64,000 nucleotides of DNA from assembly GCA_037379345.1 (NCBI GenBank), contig CM074514.1, positions 33,852,001 to 33,916,000 of the forward strand. The letters run 5' to 3'. The notes beneath the pieces are model-generated. The model made no database searches. It worked only from the letters and a program-made list of their open reading frames with translations, and had not been told where the DNA came from. This stretch comes from Perna viridis (taxonomy: Eukaryota). Both the position numbers and the translations under genes were made by a program. Shown piece after piece: positions 49,783 through 62,327 of this stretch; position 1 is the first letter of the stretch; every line of letters starts with the position of its first letter.

Positions 49783-50270
49783 TGACTGTGTGGGTTTACT
49801 GATGATGAACTAACAATGTGGGTTTATTGATGGTAAATGGACTGTGTGGGTTTATTGATGGTGAACTAACAATGTGGGTTTATTGATGGTGAATTGACTC
49901 TGTGGGTTTATTGATGGTGAACTAACATTGTGGGTTTTTTTGGTGAATTGACTTTGTGGTTTATTGACGGTGGTTTGACTATGTGGGTTTATTGACGATG
50001 AATTGACTTTGTGGGTTTATTTATGGTGAGTTGATTTTGTGGGTTTATTTATCATGATTTCACCAGATCATATAATATACAGTGACTGTATGGATTCATG
50101 TATTTGAATTTCACTATAAAAGTTCATATATGGTGAATTGACTATATGGATTCATGTTTAATGAATTGACCATATGGGTTCAACCATGGTGGTGTAACCT
50201 ATGTGACTACAGTATGGATGTATGGGTTCAACCATGGTGGTATGACCTATATGACTACATTATGGATTCA
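49783..50270 (+). repeat. 28-bp minisatellite, consensus GTGGGTTTATTGATGGTGAATTGACTNT, with a degenerate extension
   Basis: GTGGGTTT at 49818 and 49846; about 9 good units up to 50050, then diverged units. Confidence 0.88.
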
Positions 50271-50841
50271 CATGTCAGTTCTTTACTAGGATATACCAGT
50301 ACTGCTCAAGATTACTTATGTTTGTTATCTGAGAAGGTCAGGTGCCTGACTCAAAGACCCGTCAAAACTTGACACTGGTTTCTTCTGTTGACTTATCCAT
50401 TATAAGAAATATTATTTAAATTTTTCTGCTAGAAAAATGTGAACACAGCTTTTTATATTGATAAACATAGTTTATAATTGAAATTAACAATATAACAAAT
50501 GACCCAAGGTTGAAAGGCAGGGTAGAATTGTGTAGTATTTGCTTTTTTCCTCTTGTGAGCAAATATTGCCAAACACTTAAAAATTTTAGAATTTGCATAT
50601 TAGTCAGTGAACTTTCAGATGAACTTTTTTTATTACTGATGTAATTTCTTTAACCATTGCAAACTTCATGTTTCAGTTATTATGATTTCAGATTCATTTG
50701 AAAATGTTAAATATATTTATAAATCAATATATTACCAGAAGTTCAAAAGGATGTGTGTATTACTTTTTTACTAAAACAAAATTATGGTGAATTAGTTATA
50801 CATTGAATAAGATTATCAAATTATTTTTTATCATCATTGAA

Positions 50842-50872
<31 letters not shown>

Positions 50873-53004
50873 GTATTTTTTTTTTTTTTTTTTTTTTTTT
50901 CATTTTTAATAAAATTTTAAAAGCAGGTATGAATGAATCCTTTGATGTTTTAACCTGAGTGGTTAGATAATCCTGTTTGTTTGGTTATGTAGCAGTCAAT
51001 TTTATTGTAAAACATTGTAAAGTGATGAGAAGCTATAAAAGACCTACATAATCTTTCTTTTATTCTGTTATTCTTCATTGTAATCTATCTTTTATCTAAT
51101 TTGAAATCAGTGAATAAACAAGCTCAACATAAAAGGTTGTATATGAATGCCCCCTAGGCCAAGAGGTCCCTTACCTTTTAGCTCCTTAGAGACCTGTATT
51201 GGGTAGTAACTAACCTTTGATGTATTGGGGGAAGAATGCAAAAATAGTTCACAACAATTAATTATGATTTCCCATCTTGTACAGTAAAGAAAAGGGGAGT
51301 GTACTGGTTGATAAACTGGTTAATCTTGATTCAATAAAACAAGATATATTGTATAGTGTAATATGAGTTATAGTCTCTATACATGATACTGATGTATTAT
51401 TTTGATAGTGTATAAGTTATTTTGGCTGAATCTTGTTTAAAAAAACATTTATGAAACCCTTCCATCTAAAAAGTTAAAATTTTCTGACTAATATAAAAAA
51501 AACACAATTGTTATTTAAAAGATCCATTGATAAATTATATTACCCTCCCATAAATGATTTGTTATGGCTAGTTACCACTCTATCTTTTTTATAGTCCCTT
51601 TGAAAGAAAAGGGGATATACTTTTTTACTCATGTCCATCTGTCAATCACAAAGGTTTTTGTAACTGACATTCTCTGCAATTACTTGTCACTATCACTTGT
51701 TTGTTATCATGCTAAGCTACATTGATGAAATCTAGCTCTCTGTTCTTTTCAATTGATCATTTCACAAGTAATTAAAACCTACACTTGAAATCATTCTTTT
51801 TTCCCCCATAACCCTGCAGTCTTTAAGGTACTAGTTCTTATTAAATCAGGCAACAGCTGATTACAGTTTGAACCTTAATGCCAAAATGGAACATCACAAA
51901 TAAGACAATGTATTTTTTCCAATATTCCAAGAAAAGTGGGTGGTATCATTTGAATCACCTTTTCTATCAGTCATAGGGTCTGTTAGTCTCATTCTAGTTC
52001 CATTTTCCTTAGGGGAATTTCTGGTGTAGAAGGTATTGAAATTTGAAAAACGGTCTGCATTTTATTGTATACTTCCGGGATCTGGAAACGCTGTATTAGA
52101 ATGCAAAATCTTCTATTTTACGCTTTTTCTTAACATTTTTATCATGTGGAAATAGATATTTGTCATTTTTATTGGTGTTTTTACACGAAAATATGTCTTG
52201 CATTTACATACTGAATATGACGCTCTGAAAATGACAAATCTCTATGCATCTGAATGGTAGACTAGGACCCTTTCTTGTGAAACCACAGTCACATAATGAG
52301 GCTTACAAACCCTATTCTGGACTACCGTCAGTTATCTGAGTACTATACTTTGTATATATCTTTATACTGATGAGGCATAGGTTGAAAGTAGTTTTGGTTG
52401 CTGTTCCATATAAAATTCCTATTTAGGGGAACTTGTGAATTTCAGTACATGGAAAGCTTGAGCCTTCAATATATCAAAAAAAAATTCAAAAATGAGCTCT
52501 GAAACCATAGGTTTGAAAAAAGATGTTTTGTGCTTATTCAACTGTAAGAGGGGAAATAGAAAACTGAAATGCACACTAATGCCAGTCACTCATGTGAGAA
52601 ATTGTGCTTCTCACCCACTACACTGTGGAAAAAAGGATCATCAAACTAAAAGCAAGGAATTGTACTTTTTAAATAAATTTTGGCATGCCCTTGATGTTCA
52701 TTGCATTGAAAATCTTTATTAAATATTTACTTGTGTTTAACAATTTACAGAATGTCTTCTCCTTATCCATTATTCATTTGCATAGGTGGCACCCCCATGT
52801 TGGAAAATTGTGATAATTTTGAGCACTATTTGGGCATAAGTTGACATACAATAGATCGACTCAAGCCCCCCTCCCCTTTCCATATTTCCTGGATCCACAA
52901 CAGGAATTGATGATTCAGTAATGGAATTAATGAAATTACTAACTGCTATTGCCTGATGCTTACAAAGACTGGTATCTCATATCTTCTGGTTTATCTATTT
53001 ACAG

Positions 53005-53084
53005 GCCAAATCTGGAAGTTGTATTTGACAACATGTCTGGAGTATGTTGAAGAAGATTCAGAATCGAAGAGCATTCAAGAGAAG
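53005..53084 (+). CDS. UTP6: UTP6 (U3 snoRNA-associated protein 6, HAT repeat) internal exon, 80 nt, phase 1 to phase 0
   Basis: tctatttacAG acceptor and AAG|GTacaa donor. Translation xQIWKLYLTTCLEYVEEDSESKSIQEK aligns without gaps to the human UTP6 segment as I recall it (EAMWKCYITFCLERFTKKSNSGFLRGK); W-K-x-Y-x-T-x-C-L-E is shared. Confidence 0.85.
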
Positions 53085-56000
53085 GTACAAAAGCTTATTA
53101 GAATCAATGTCGTGGTCTATTTGAATCTTTCCAGTTACAGTTATGGTGGGTTACGAGACGAACAAACCAATTTGAAACAGTGTAATTGACATTTGGTATG
53201 ACTTCTGTCTGGGTTGTGAAATTTGGGGTTGTGCAATTAGTGTCTTTATGGACAGGTTTTCTTATTTATTTGGCTTCTTCATCATGAAATAGTCTAGAGT
53301 AAAGTAATCGCAGATGTACAAACAAGTTGGAAGAATTTCAAGGAAGGAAATTGGTCTTGAAAGACACTATGAGTGTATTTGGTTAAATCTTTTCGATAGG
53401 GAATGAGCACCAGCAACATCATATATATGTAATGGGTGTGAAACATAAATGAATCAAAATTTTGTTAGAAAAGTGTATAATATGGAAGTGATTTTTTAAA
53501 ACAGACGCAAAGTGGGAAGTTTTGCTTTTTATGTTTGGTCAGGACATCATTCATGATAGCATGGATTCTTAACAGAGTGCTTATACAAATAGCTCCATCA
53601 CTTATAGGCATAGCTTTAACTTGTATTTGGCTATGGATAGGGACCAAAAAGTTTAAATTTTTTTACAATTCCTACATATAATGCTGGTTAATATTGTCGT
53701 CTGACCCAATCAGTTTTTTTGGAATAGCTAACTAAATTTAGGTACAGTTATTATGGAGTTCTTTCAAAATTCAATCTTACCAAGTGAATTATTTTCTAGT
53801 TCTATCATCCTATTTTGGCATGGGACAGAGTGGGACAGATTATCTAAGTCACGCTCAGATTCACTGCTAATGATTAAGTTCCATTAATGTCCATTACCGG
53901 TTGAATGCGTTATTAATCAGGACAATAAGCAAATGGAGTTATCTCATTGGCTAATGATCTTGGTGTTAACGATAATTATTCTTAGTAACGATAATTATTC
54001 TGGGTCATTTGGCATGATTATTGAAATGAAAATTGATAACAATATTTTCTCTGATAACAAAATCCTTAAGACAGAGTGACTTGTTTTTTCAATTATGAAT
54101 GAGTGAGACTTCGTGTTAGAAGTATATTTAAATTAATTATTTCTTCCAGAACTAAATGTCTGTCATTTGGCATATTGTTATATTTAATGCAATTTCTTAA
54201 GAAAGTAAAATTGGTTAAACAAATTTTTCTATTTCTACACTTAGAATGACAAATGTCTTTTAATGGTGTTGTCATTTTAAATTGCTCAACATTTTATTCA
54301 CTTGCCAATTTATTTTTCATTCACGATTGTTCTCGTTAATTCTATTGCCGTTGTGTTCCTTGTAGTGCATTTCCATTGTGAAGTTCCGATAGCGGACAAA
54401 ATAAATAGCTTTTAAAGCCCATTTTACTGCAGATATTTCTCCGATTTATTCAAACTTTACAATCTAATCTATTAGTATTTAGACGGCATTACAATTGGAA
54501 TCAAAATTAATGTGATGTGATTTTTCGGAGGTTATATGTTTTTATGAAAAATCTCCTTACAAAACCTGACATATGCCACATGCAGTGATTATATAAGATA
54601 AATAGCAGAATCCTGTAATTGACAGGAAAATTACAGTTTTCAGCAGAAATTATGTTCAACTTTTCAACTGTGATCATAAAGTTTAATTGTATAATTCTAA
54701 TATTGACTATAGTCTGAGGGTAATTAATATTTCACCATTTAGTCTAAGAATTGTTTAACAATACCTGTATATTGTGTTTGGTAGTTTTTTTTGCTTATCA
54801 AAAATGAAATTATCAATGCTATCTGTCCCACCCTTTTTATGTGAATGAAAAAAAAACAAAGTTAATTAAACTTTCATGTTTGTAATGAGTTATTTTCAAC
54901 TACTCGTTTTTGCTAGTGCTGGCATAATGCTGGTTGCAATGGTTTGTGCAGAGATGGGTAAAAGCCAGCTGAGTTTGGATTTACCAAGATTTGAAGGTGA
55001 AGCCTCCATTTGGATGTTCAATGCAGATTAAAACCAATAAAAGTTAGATTTACAAGTGCCATATTGAATGATTGTCATTGTTCAAACTAAAAAGGGGGTA
55101 ACTTGGAATAGTCCATGGGCCAGATATAAAACGATACCCTCCCCCTCTAAAAGGATTTTTGAAAACCTTTATAGGTTGTTAGATATTTGCATGGGATACA
55201 TAACTCCCCCTTTTTTTATCAAAAAAGTAAATGCAGCTTTGACATGGATATCAGGGTCCAAAAATAAGCCACAAAGTCATTTCTAAGGATTCAGCTTTGA
55301 ATGCTTATTTCAGATTTTTACCAGTGAAAAGCCAATTAAGTGTATAATAGAAATATCTAATTCACTTTCTCATCACATTATATTAGGACTGCAAAAATCT
55401 TTATAATTTTGTTCACCTTATTCAAATTTGTATTAACTGCTTATTTTGTATATCTTATTACACATTTTAAGGTTCTATGACCATTGTCATTCTGGTCAGA
55501 ATCTTATGTTGTGTCAGACATTTAATCACAGTATCACAGTCCAAATTCATTTGTGCCGAGGAAGTGGTAGTGATTTTTCATTGCAAATTGATTTTACATA
55601 TAAAAATTATGTCAAACAATTATGAGAAATTGAAAAAAACCAAAGAATACCTTTTTGCTGTAAAAATACAATGAAAAGTCAAATTACCCATATTTGGGTT
55701 AGGAGGGGATTGTGAATGGGGATGTATGGTGAAATTTGAAAATTTACAAAATGAAAAAACTGTTTAATGCCTTCTTAGAATGTGTCGAGTTAGTATATAT
55801 ATTTTGAAAGCTTAAGTTTTGAGAAGTACATTTACCTTGCATTTTCTTTACATTTTTTTTAATCTCGTTGACATTTTGAGTCTATCTTCTAGAGCTTTTC
55901 CCTTTCATTTTTAATCTAGTTAAGCCAATGGATTAAAATGTATGTTCGTGTTGGTCTAAAGAATATGTTTGAGTTTACGATAAGCAAACAGTACTGAACC

Positions 56001-57360
56001 CACTTCAGCTTTCGCATATCAATTACAAAGTACGCAGATTTCATAGACTGATGTTTGTGTAAACCTTTATTTTCCCAAATCAATTGCCGATTTTGTATGA
56101 CATTGTGAAATCCCATGGATTTAGGTATTTGAGATTTGAGAAGTTAGACATATTAAGCCCAACTTTTTAATTTCAAGCTTTTAAACAGGATGAATAATTT
56201 TTTGTCTGTGAAAAAAATTAGGTTTTAAAAAGGAACTATTTTCATATTTGATTTTAAGCAGTATAATGTACTCTTACGGTAGCATCTCAAATGTCTGTAA
56301 AATAAGTAGAGTTTCATGGAGAGAGTTAATTGACTCAATTATGGCTTTATAAACTCTGAATTTAATATACATTAAAATTTTATTAGGATAAATTGTATTT
56401 CATACCTAACATCAGAATGCTGAGTTAATTAGTATTTAATATTACATAGGTATAATATAATGTACCTTTAGGATTTAGTTTCTTTGCAGAAATTTCTCTC
56501 ATAGCTGTGTGATAGGGACAAGAGCAAAACTTTATTTCAACAATGTTTCTTACTTTTGAACAGGTTATACAAATTTTATTAACGACAGTTTGTACATGTT
56601 TAATTACATAGCTGTTTATAGAAAATTTTAACTTGCCCAAACCAGGTTATTTCATGTAACTTGTTCAAAAAATAGAAACATTCCTTATAGTTTAATTTCA
56701 ATACAACCCCAAATAAATGTGTTAAGCATTGGTTTGCAATCAAAATTTTATTCTGTTTGGGATAATTTGAATTACAGGTTGTTAATGAACTCACAGTAAA
56801 CAAACCAAGTTATACAAAATAACATGGTTTGCTCATAGAGAACCAGCCAATTAGAGAGCTTGTTACAAATTTGATTAAAAGCTAGGGAATGGTAGAATTT
56901 TTTTTCCAATATATAGACTTGCTTTTTCTTACTGTCCTATATATCTTTGTACAACAGCCAGCTTCTCTTACATGGTTTATACCCAGATTATGCAGAATAT
57001 AACATTTATATAACGGTAATTTTTTTTATAAGAAAAAGTCCCTTTCAAGGTTTGTATTGTGCTTCTGTTGTTCTTATTTTACCATTTCTTCCAGTCAGGG
57101 ATCTTCTAGCACAACAGTTGAATGGGTTCATTGGTCTATGTGCTTCCAGTATGTGCTAATGTGCTACTGCTCCTGTTATTTTATATGTACACAAGTTTGT
57201 AGGCCTAGCTGGGTTGGATTACTGGAATGTTCTAGATTCCTTGTCTCACCATTTTATTTCCAGGTGGCTCTTAGCACTTTCCTTACTGAATTAACATTTT
57301 TATACCAGTATTAATCATAGGTGGTATTGTATTCATGTTTCCAATTATATTTTATTTCAG

Positions 57361-57438
57361 AGAATCTGTAAGTTGCTGTCATTGTTTGAGACATCAGAAA
57401 AGGGAGGGTTCCTGACAGATGACTTGTATTCTAAATGG
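57361..57438 (+). CDS. UTP6: UTP6 internal exon, 78 nt, phase 0 to phase 0
   Basis: ttttatttcAG acceptor and TGG|GTatgg donor. Translation RICKLLSLFETSEKGGFLTDDLYSKW (26 aa) matches the length and pattern of recalled human RLERTMTVFRKAHELKLLSECQYKQL, and is in frame with both neighbouring exons. Confidence 0.85.
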
Positions 57439-57949
57439 GTATGGAAAAATTATCATTTATGACTTAAATTAAAACATTTTTGAGGTATATACATTGAAAA
57501 TAATGTGATTTTCATGGTATCAGATTTTTGGGTGACAAAGAATAGCACCATGAAATCTTCTTTTTCTTCTATTTGTTAGGACCATAAAATACAGGTCTGG
57601 AGATCAATATATTGTTAAAAAATATATGTAAAACCTTACCACACACTCCAAACAGACATTGATCACAAATAGTTTTTATAAGGCAATGATTTTTGTTGTG
57701 TAGAGGTTCTTTAAAAAAGGCAGAAAAATACTCACAATGACTTACCAAGTAATATATACAAGTATTGATTAGTTTTTTGTTAAGCAATGAAAACATACTG
57801 AGCACAGGTTCTTAAAAAAGTAGGGAACATTCTGGCTACATGTTGTACTGATCTACTTACTATTTTCTATGTAATTTTACACAAAGAAAATAGTAATTTG
57901 ATCAGTAAATTTAGAAAGACATTATGAAATTAGAAAAAAAAATTGTATA

Positions 57950-58663
57950 CAGTCAAACTCAGATGAGTCAAAATCTTTGATAACTTGGAGTAATTTGACA
58001 GTCCAGGCAAAATTTCCCTTACTCCAGTACAATTTTACCTCTGATAACTCGAACTCGGATTAATCAAAACTCGGATAACTTTAGGTCATCAATCAGTTCC
58101 CTTGATAGGTCTTTGAGATTAGTTTACTTGGATGTCCCAAAGTGAACTAATTAGTAGGAACACTGACTGCTTTACTACACACAATGACCAAAGTTTGTTG
58201 ATAATAACTGAAGTTTTTATTTTTATAACTATGTTTGTTTCGCTAGTAAATCTGAAATTTCATCGCTGTAATTTAGAGCACATGGTTTGAAGTCACTCTT
58301 GATAATTGAGTTATTCAAAACAACTTGTAATGTGGAAATGACATTTTCGATGTAGAACAAACAAAAACTAAATAAGAATGTCCCCTAAAACATTCAATGC
58401 TGCTCAGAATTTATAACATATTTAAAACAAACACACAAAAATTATCTTCCTAAACAATAAAGAAGACATCACTAAGTACCCTGATCAAGTGAAGAACATG
58501 TATACATGTATGTACAAGCAATACAACATGTATAAGTCATTAAAAGTGCAGAAAGAATCACCAACCAATACATTTCCAGATTATACTCGACCTCGAGTGA
58601 CTCGAACCTTGGATAACTCGGAACATTTTTGCCTGGTCCCTTCGACTTAACGAGGTTTGGCTG
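57950..58663. mobile_element. pogo/Tigger-like MITE
   Basis: TA|CAGTCAAACTC ... GAGGTTTGGCTG|TA, with repeated GATAACTCGAACTC-like motifs near both ends. Confidence 0.65.
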
Positions 58664-58889
58664 TATGGAATATAAAGGATAATTTATATTGCTTTATTTA
58701 TAGTTAGTTTGTCATCACCATGTGTAATGAGTTTAACTTGATATTATAATACTGCAAAGTTTTGCTGTAAAATTTCAACCATTTTAAAGCATCAATATTG
58801 TAATATAAATGTACTGTAAAAAACATGCTGCCAATTGCTTTGATAAACATTGCTGACCAAAATAAAATGAAATGATCTGTCCATTTTAG

Positions 58890-59075
58890 GTCCAAGTTTT
58901 AGTAAAGGTTGGTGCAGTTGACCAAGCAGAGAGCACTGTGAAGAGAGCGGTATCCCACCATTCCAAGAGTGTGTTGCTATGGAAACAATATCTTCAACTG
59001 AGTATCAGGAACAACTTGGATGAAAATGAGACTCTCCAGATTTTCACAGAATCTCAGAAGAATATTTCAGAAAAG
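58890..59075 (+). CDS. UTP6: UTP6 internal exon, 186 nt, phase 0 to phase 0 (HAT repeat)
   Basis: ccattttAG acceptor and AAG|GTaaaa donor. Open frame VQVLVKVGAVDQAESTVKRAVSHHSKSVLLWKQYLQLSIRNNLDENETLQIFTESQKNISEK has a HAT-type A...S-x-x-L-W-x-x-Y-L pattern and corresponds to the UTP6 region just before the LPLW motif. Confidence 0.87.
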
Positions 59076-59317
59076 GTAAAATAACTAGAAAGTTAACATT
59101 GACCATAATAATATGTGCTATCAGGCAAAACAAAAATATTTCTGTTTCTCTCTCCCTTTTCTGTTGTATTTTTGCCACTTTTTTCCACCTTAACTAATTT
59201 CAATTGGTAGAGGGAAACATTTCATTTTTATTCCCCCCAGAAAGTTGTCTGTTTGTCCATCCACAACCCTTTAGTTACTTTTTTTCTCTGCAACTACTTA
59301 TTACAGCTACTTGACAT

Positions 59318-59686
59318 TCAGAGGTTTTATGGTGTCATAATGAAATCGTGAATCATATGGTGTATCCATCTACACCATAAGAACTAATTTGTCTAATGTG
59401 TTATAGTTTTCCTTTCTACTTTCGTCTACCCCGGACTTAATATTTTATGAGCAACATGGTAGGTGTTTCTTGAAAAGCAGAGGACGCTTGCTCTAATGGT
59501 GCACTTGGACTGTGCTCCCAATTATTTGTGGAGTCAGAGTTACTCCTTTAATTTTGTTTCTTTGTATAATTATTTTGGTTGTTTTAAGTTCCTTGTTGTG
59601 TGTGTCTGTTTTTCCTGTCTGGTCTTTGTTCCTGGATTGTATTCTTTTGATTTCTGCTAGAATCTTGGTTTCCTTGATTACTCTTT
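59318..59686 (+). mobile_element. Second copy of the same PLE 3' end (frameshifted RT tail plus 3' region)
   Basis: QRFYG/HNEIVN/YGVSIYTIRTNLSNVL* remnant, then sequence co-linear with the 43067-43475 copy down to GATTACTCTTT. Confidence 0.75.
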
Positions 59687-59815
59687 GACAGAAATATATA
59701 TATATATAGGTATGCTATATTGTTGGATTTGAGTTCAGACTGTAGTGACACAAACTTCCCGTTTGACGACTATGAAAACAAGTCAGAGTAGATGTTACGT
59801 TTCTGGTTTAGAAGG

Positions 59816-60023
59816 CTGAGAACCAAGAATTTTTTTAGTTGTTATTAAGGCTTTCAGTGCAATGATTGTAAGGAATAAAAACAAGAATAGATGCCTACAT
59901 TTCTGTCTAAAAATCAGTCTGAGAACCAAGCATTTTTTTAAGTTGGTCTTAAGGCTTTATTTTTAGCAATAAATATGTAGGAAATAAAAACAAGAATAGG
60001 TGCCTAAATATTTGTCTTAAAAA
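59816..60023 (+). repeat. Tandem duplication of ~103 bp
   Basis: CTGAGAACCAAG.ATTTTTTTAG...TTAAGGCTTT...AATAAAAACAAGAATAG.TGCCTA starting at 59816 and at 59919. Confidence 0.8.
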
Positions 60024-62128
60024 GGGGGTAAAAGTGTTTATGTTTAGTGCTGTTTTAATAGGGTCTTTGTCCCTTTATGTACTTAAGTTTACTATCTCAT
60101 TAATGAATATAAGACATATGAGATGAATTCATTGCTTAATTTTCACTTGGTACCAATCGGACAACATCTTGATATATTGAAGAGTTTATTGACCTTTTTA
60201 AGCCCGATAGAAATTAAATGAAAATAAATATTTATATTCAAACAATATTGGTCTTATAAAAGAAACTTTATACGTCAATTTTTCAATATGATAAGTTAGT
60301 ATTGCCTGCCAATAATTCTTCGGTCCTATAATTAATTTGTCTCAAACTTCTGCGATTTACACCCCTTTAAAAGATTGAACAAATGTCTCTTTTACGTAAA
60401 ATCGTTGTGTTAATTGCTCGAAGTTCTCACTACCATTAGCTAGTTCCTTTCTTTTGTGCTCAAATTGAAATCGATATTTGATATGTAAAATACAAAATTA
60501 TATGTCTGCTTTCTATGCGCACCTGTCATTTAGATCACTCAATCAGTTCATAGTAAACATGTGTATCTGTCTGACCCAATCATGTGGAACATTTTAAAGT
60601 ATTGAGGTCCCGACACTTAAAGATTGATTAGCATGATAAGGTAAAATTGAAATCGTGGGAATATTGATTTGATGAGAAAAAATATACAGTTTGGGTGTGT
60701 AAAGCTGGTTTTCTTAAATTAATGGGCTGTTCCTTTTGTGATATATTCACAATGTCTGTATGAATGTTCATGATTCCATTGTTAAATTTATAAAAGAGAA
60801 AGCTTAGATGTAGCTACAAGAATAATCTTGCCCACTCCTTGCAAAGATCCTGGGTTAATATGTTAGAATTTTGTGATTTTGCTGGGCAAATTTGCAGCCA
60901 AAGGTCTCTAGTGTAAGGATTGATCATGCAATGAATTGTGCCCTGAAGTCAATTAAAACCTTAACTGGCTCTGTATTAGTAGCCATCTTCTCCCATGCAT
61001 CAGTAAGTGTTGCCTCAATCAAAACTACTTCACCATTTCTGCTATGCTAAAAATTGCCTTGGATGCAGACAGAAGAAATTCTTCCTGACATTTTTCCTGA
61101 CAACTACTAGTCCTAGTCACTTAATATTTTATGGAACATTTTATATAGGGAAGTTTGTGTGATACAATACACCACTATCTTGTTGGTCAGAGAGAGGGGT
61201 ATATTATGTGAGTTCTACCTTTCAGTACATCTTGTTTTTGTTTTTTTTTATTTTAAAGTGTAGTGCATTAGTGCTCAAAGATGTATTTTCTTCTCATACA
61301 AGTACAAGTTCTTAATTCTTGTTTATGTGTGAAAAAAAGGAAAGAAACATATGGTTCACAATGTCCTTTAGCAATAAGATTGTGTCTGCCATATAAAAAC
61401 CGTGTGTACTTCTGATTTCTTTCTATTTTCATAACATATTTTGACAAAGAATTCTTTATTAACATTGAGAGAAGATGTACTCAAATGATTATGGTCGTCA
61501 TAATTTTCCTTTGTGCTTTAATCTCACACTCGGCATGTTTCATCTCACACTTTGTAAGACTTAATAAAAAGCAAACATCTACAATCAAAAAGAAAAACAT
61601 GCCAAATTTTATTTAGGGTCATGTCCAAAATGCCGAAAGACAAGAAGGTGGGGCCAACTTGACAAGCTGGTGGGAAAATTATCACATGATCAAAAGAATA
61701 ACTTGAGGAGTGTTAAACTTCTGAAAAGTCAATAAGTTTTACAAAGCCCCTGCTGCTTATTGCGCTCTAAACTTGTGTAATATTTATCTTAAACAATTTT
61801 AAACTGCAGATATATTCTTTATGTGTTTACTCTCCATTGTTTGGCCCTGGTTGTTCAAACTTGTTAAAGACTTGGGGTGTTGGTTTTAGACTAAACCTTT
61901 TGTTTACATGTTAGAACAGACAGAATAAGAGAGAAGGCTCCTAAGACTATAGTTCAAGGATAAATGTGGTCAATTAGTACTTTGGTTTTTAAAAAGGAGT
62001 TAAATGTTGCCCCCTGCCTAGTTTTGCTTTTGTAGAACTTCTACATAAATGCATCTGTCTGGTTCTGTTGGGTTAAATAAGCAAATACCAAAGTGGGCAT
62101 AAAAAGGGGGTATTAAATCAAAGAGTGG

Positions 62129-62327
62129 AAGAGTAATCAAGGGAACCAAGATTCTAGCAGAAATCAAAAGAATGGAATCGAGGGACAAAGACCAGACATG
62201 GAAAACAGACAAACACAACAAAGAACATAAAATATCCAATATAATACATACAAAGTAACAAAAGCAAATAAGCAATTTTACTCCACTAAAAACTTGGAAC
62301 ATGGACCAGGTGCACTGGTAGGGTAAG
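62129..62327 (-). mobile_element. Third copy of the PLE 3' end (3' region only)
   Basis: AAGAGTAATCAAGGGAACCAAGATTCTAGCAGAAATCAAAAGAATG...GTGCACTGGTAGGGTAAG is near-identical to 43068-43261. Confidence 0.8.

Noticed and set aside
48870-50050. CRISPR-like array
   Set aside because: Units are contiguous with no unique spacers, no cas genes, and the context is eukaryotic; these are minisatellites.
50844-50900. T-run/G-run/T-run block as a functional element
   Set aside because: Simple low-complexity homopolymers, possibly with unreliable lengths in the assembly.
52956-53189. 77-aa ORF as a stand-alone gene
   Set aside because: Only 53005-53084 is exonic; the flanks are intron read-through past clear splice sites.
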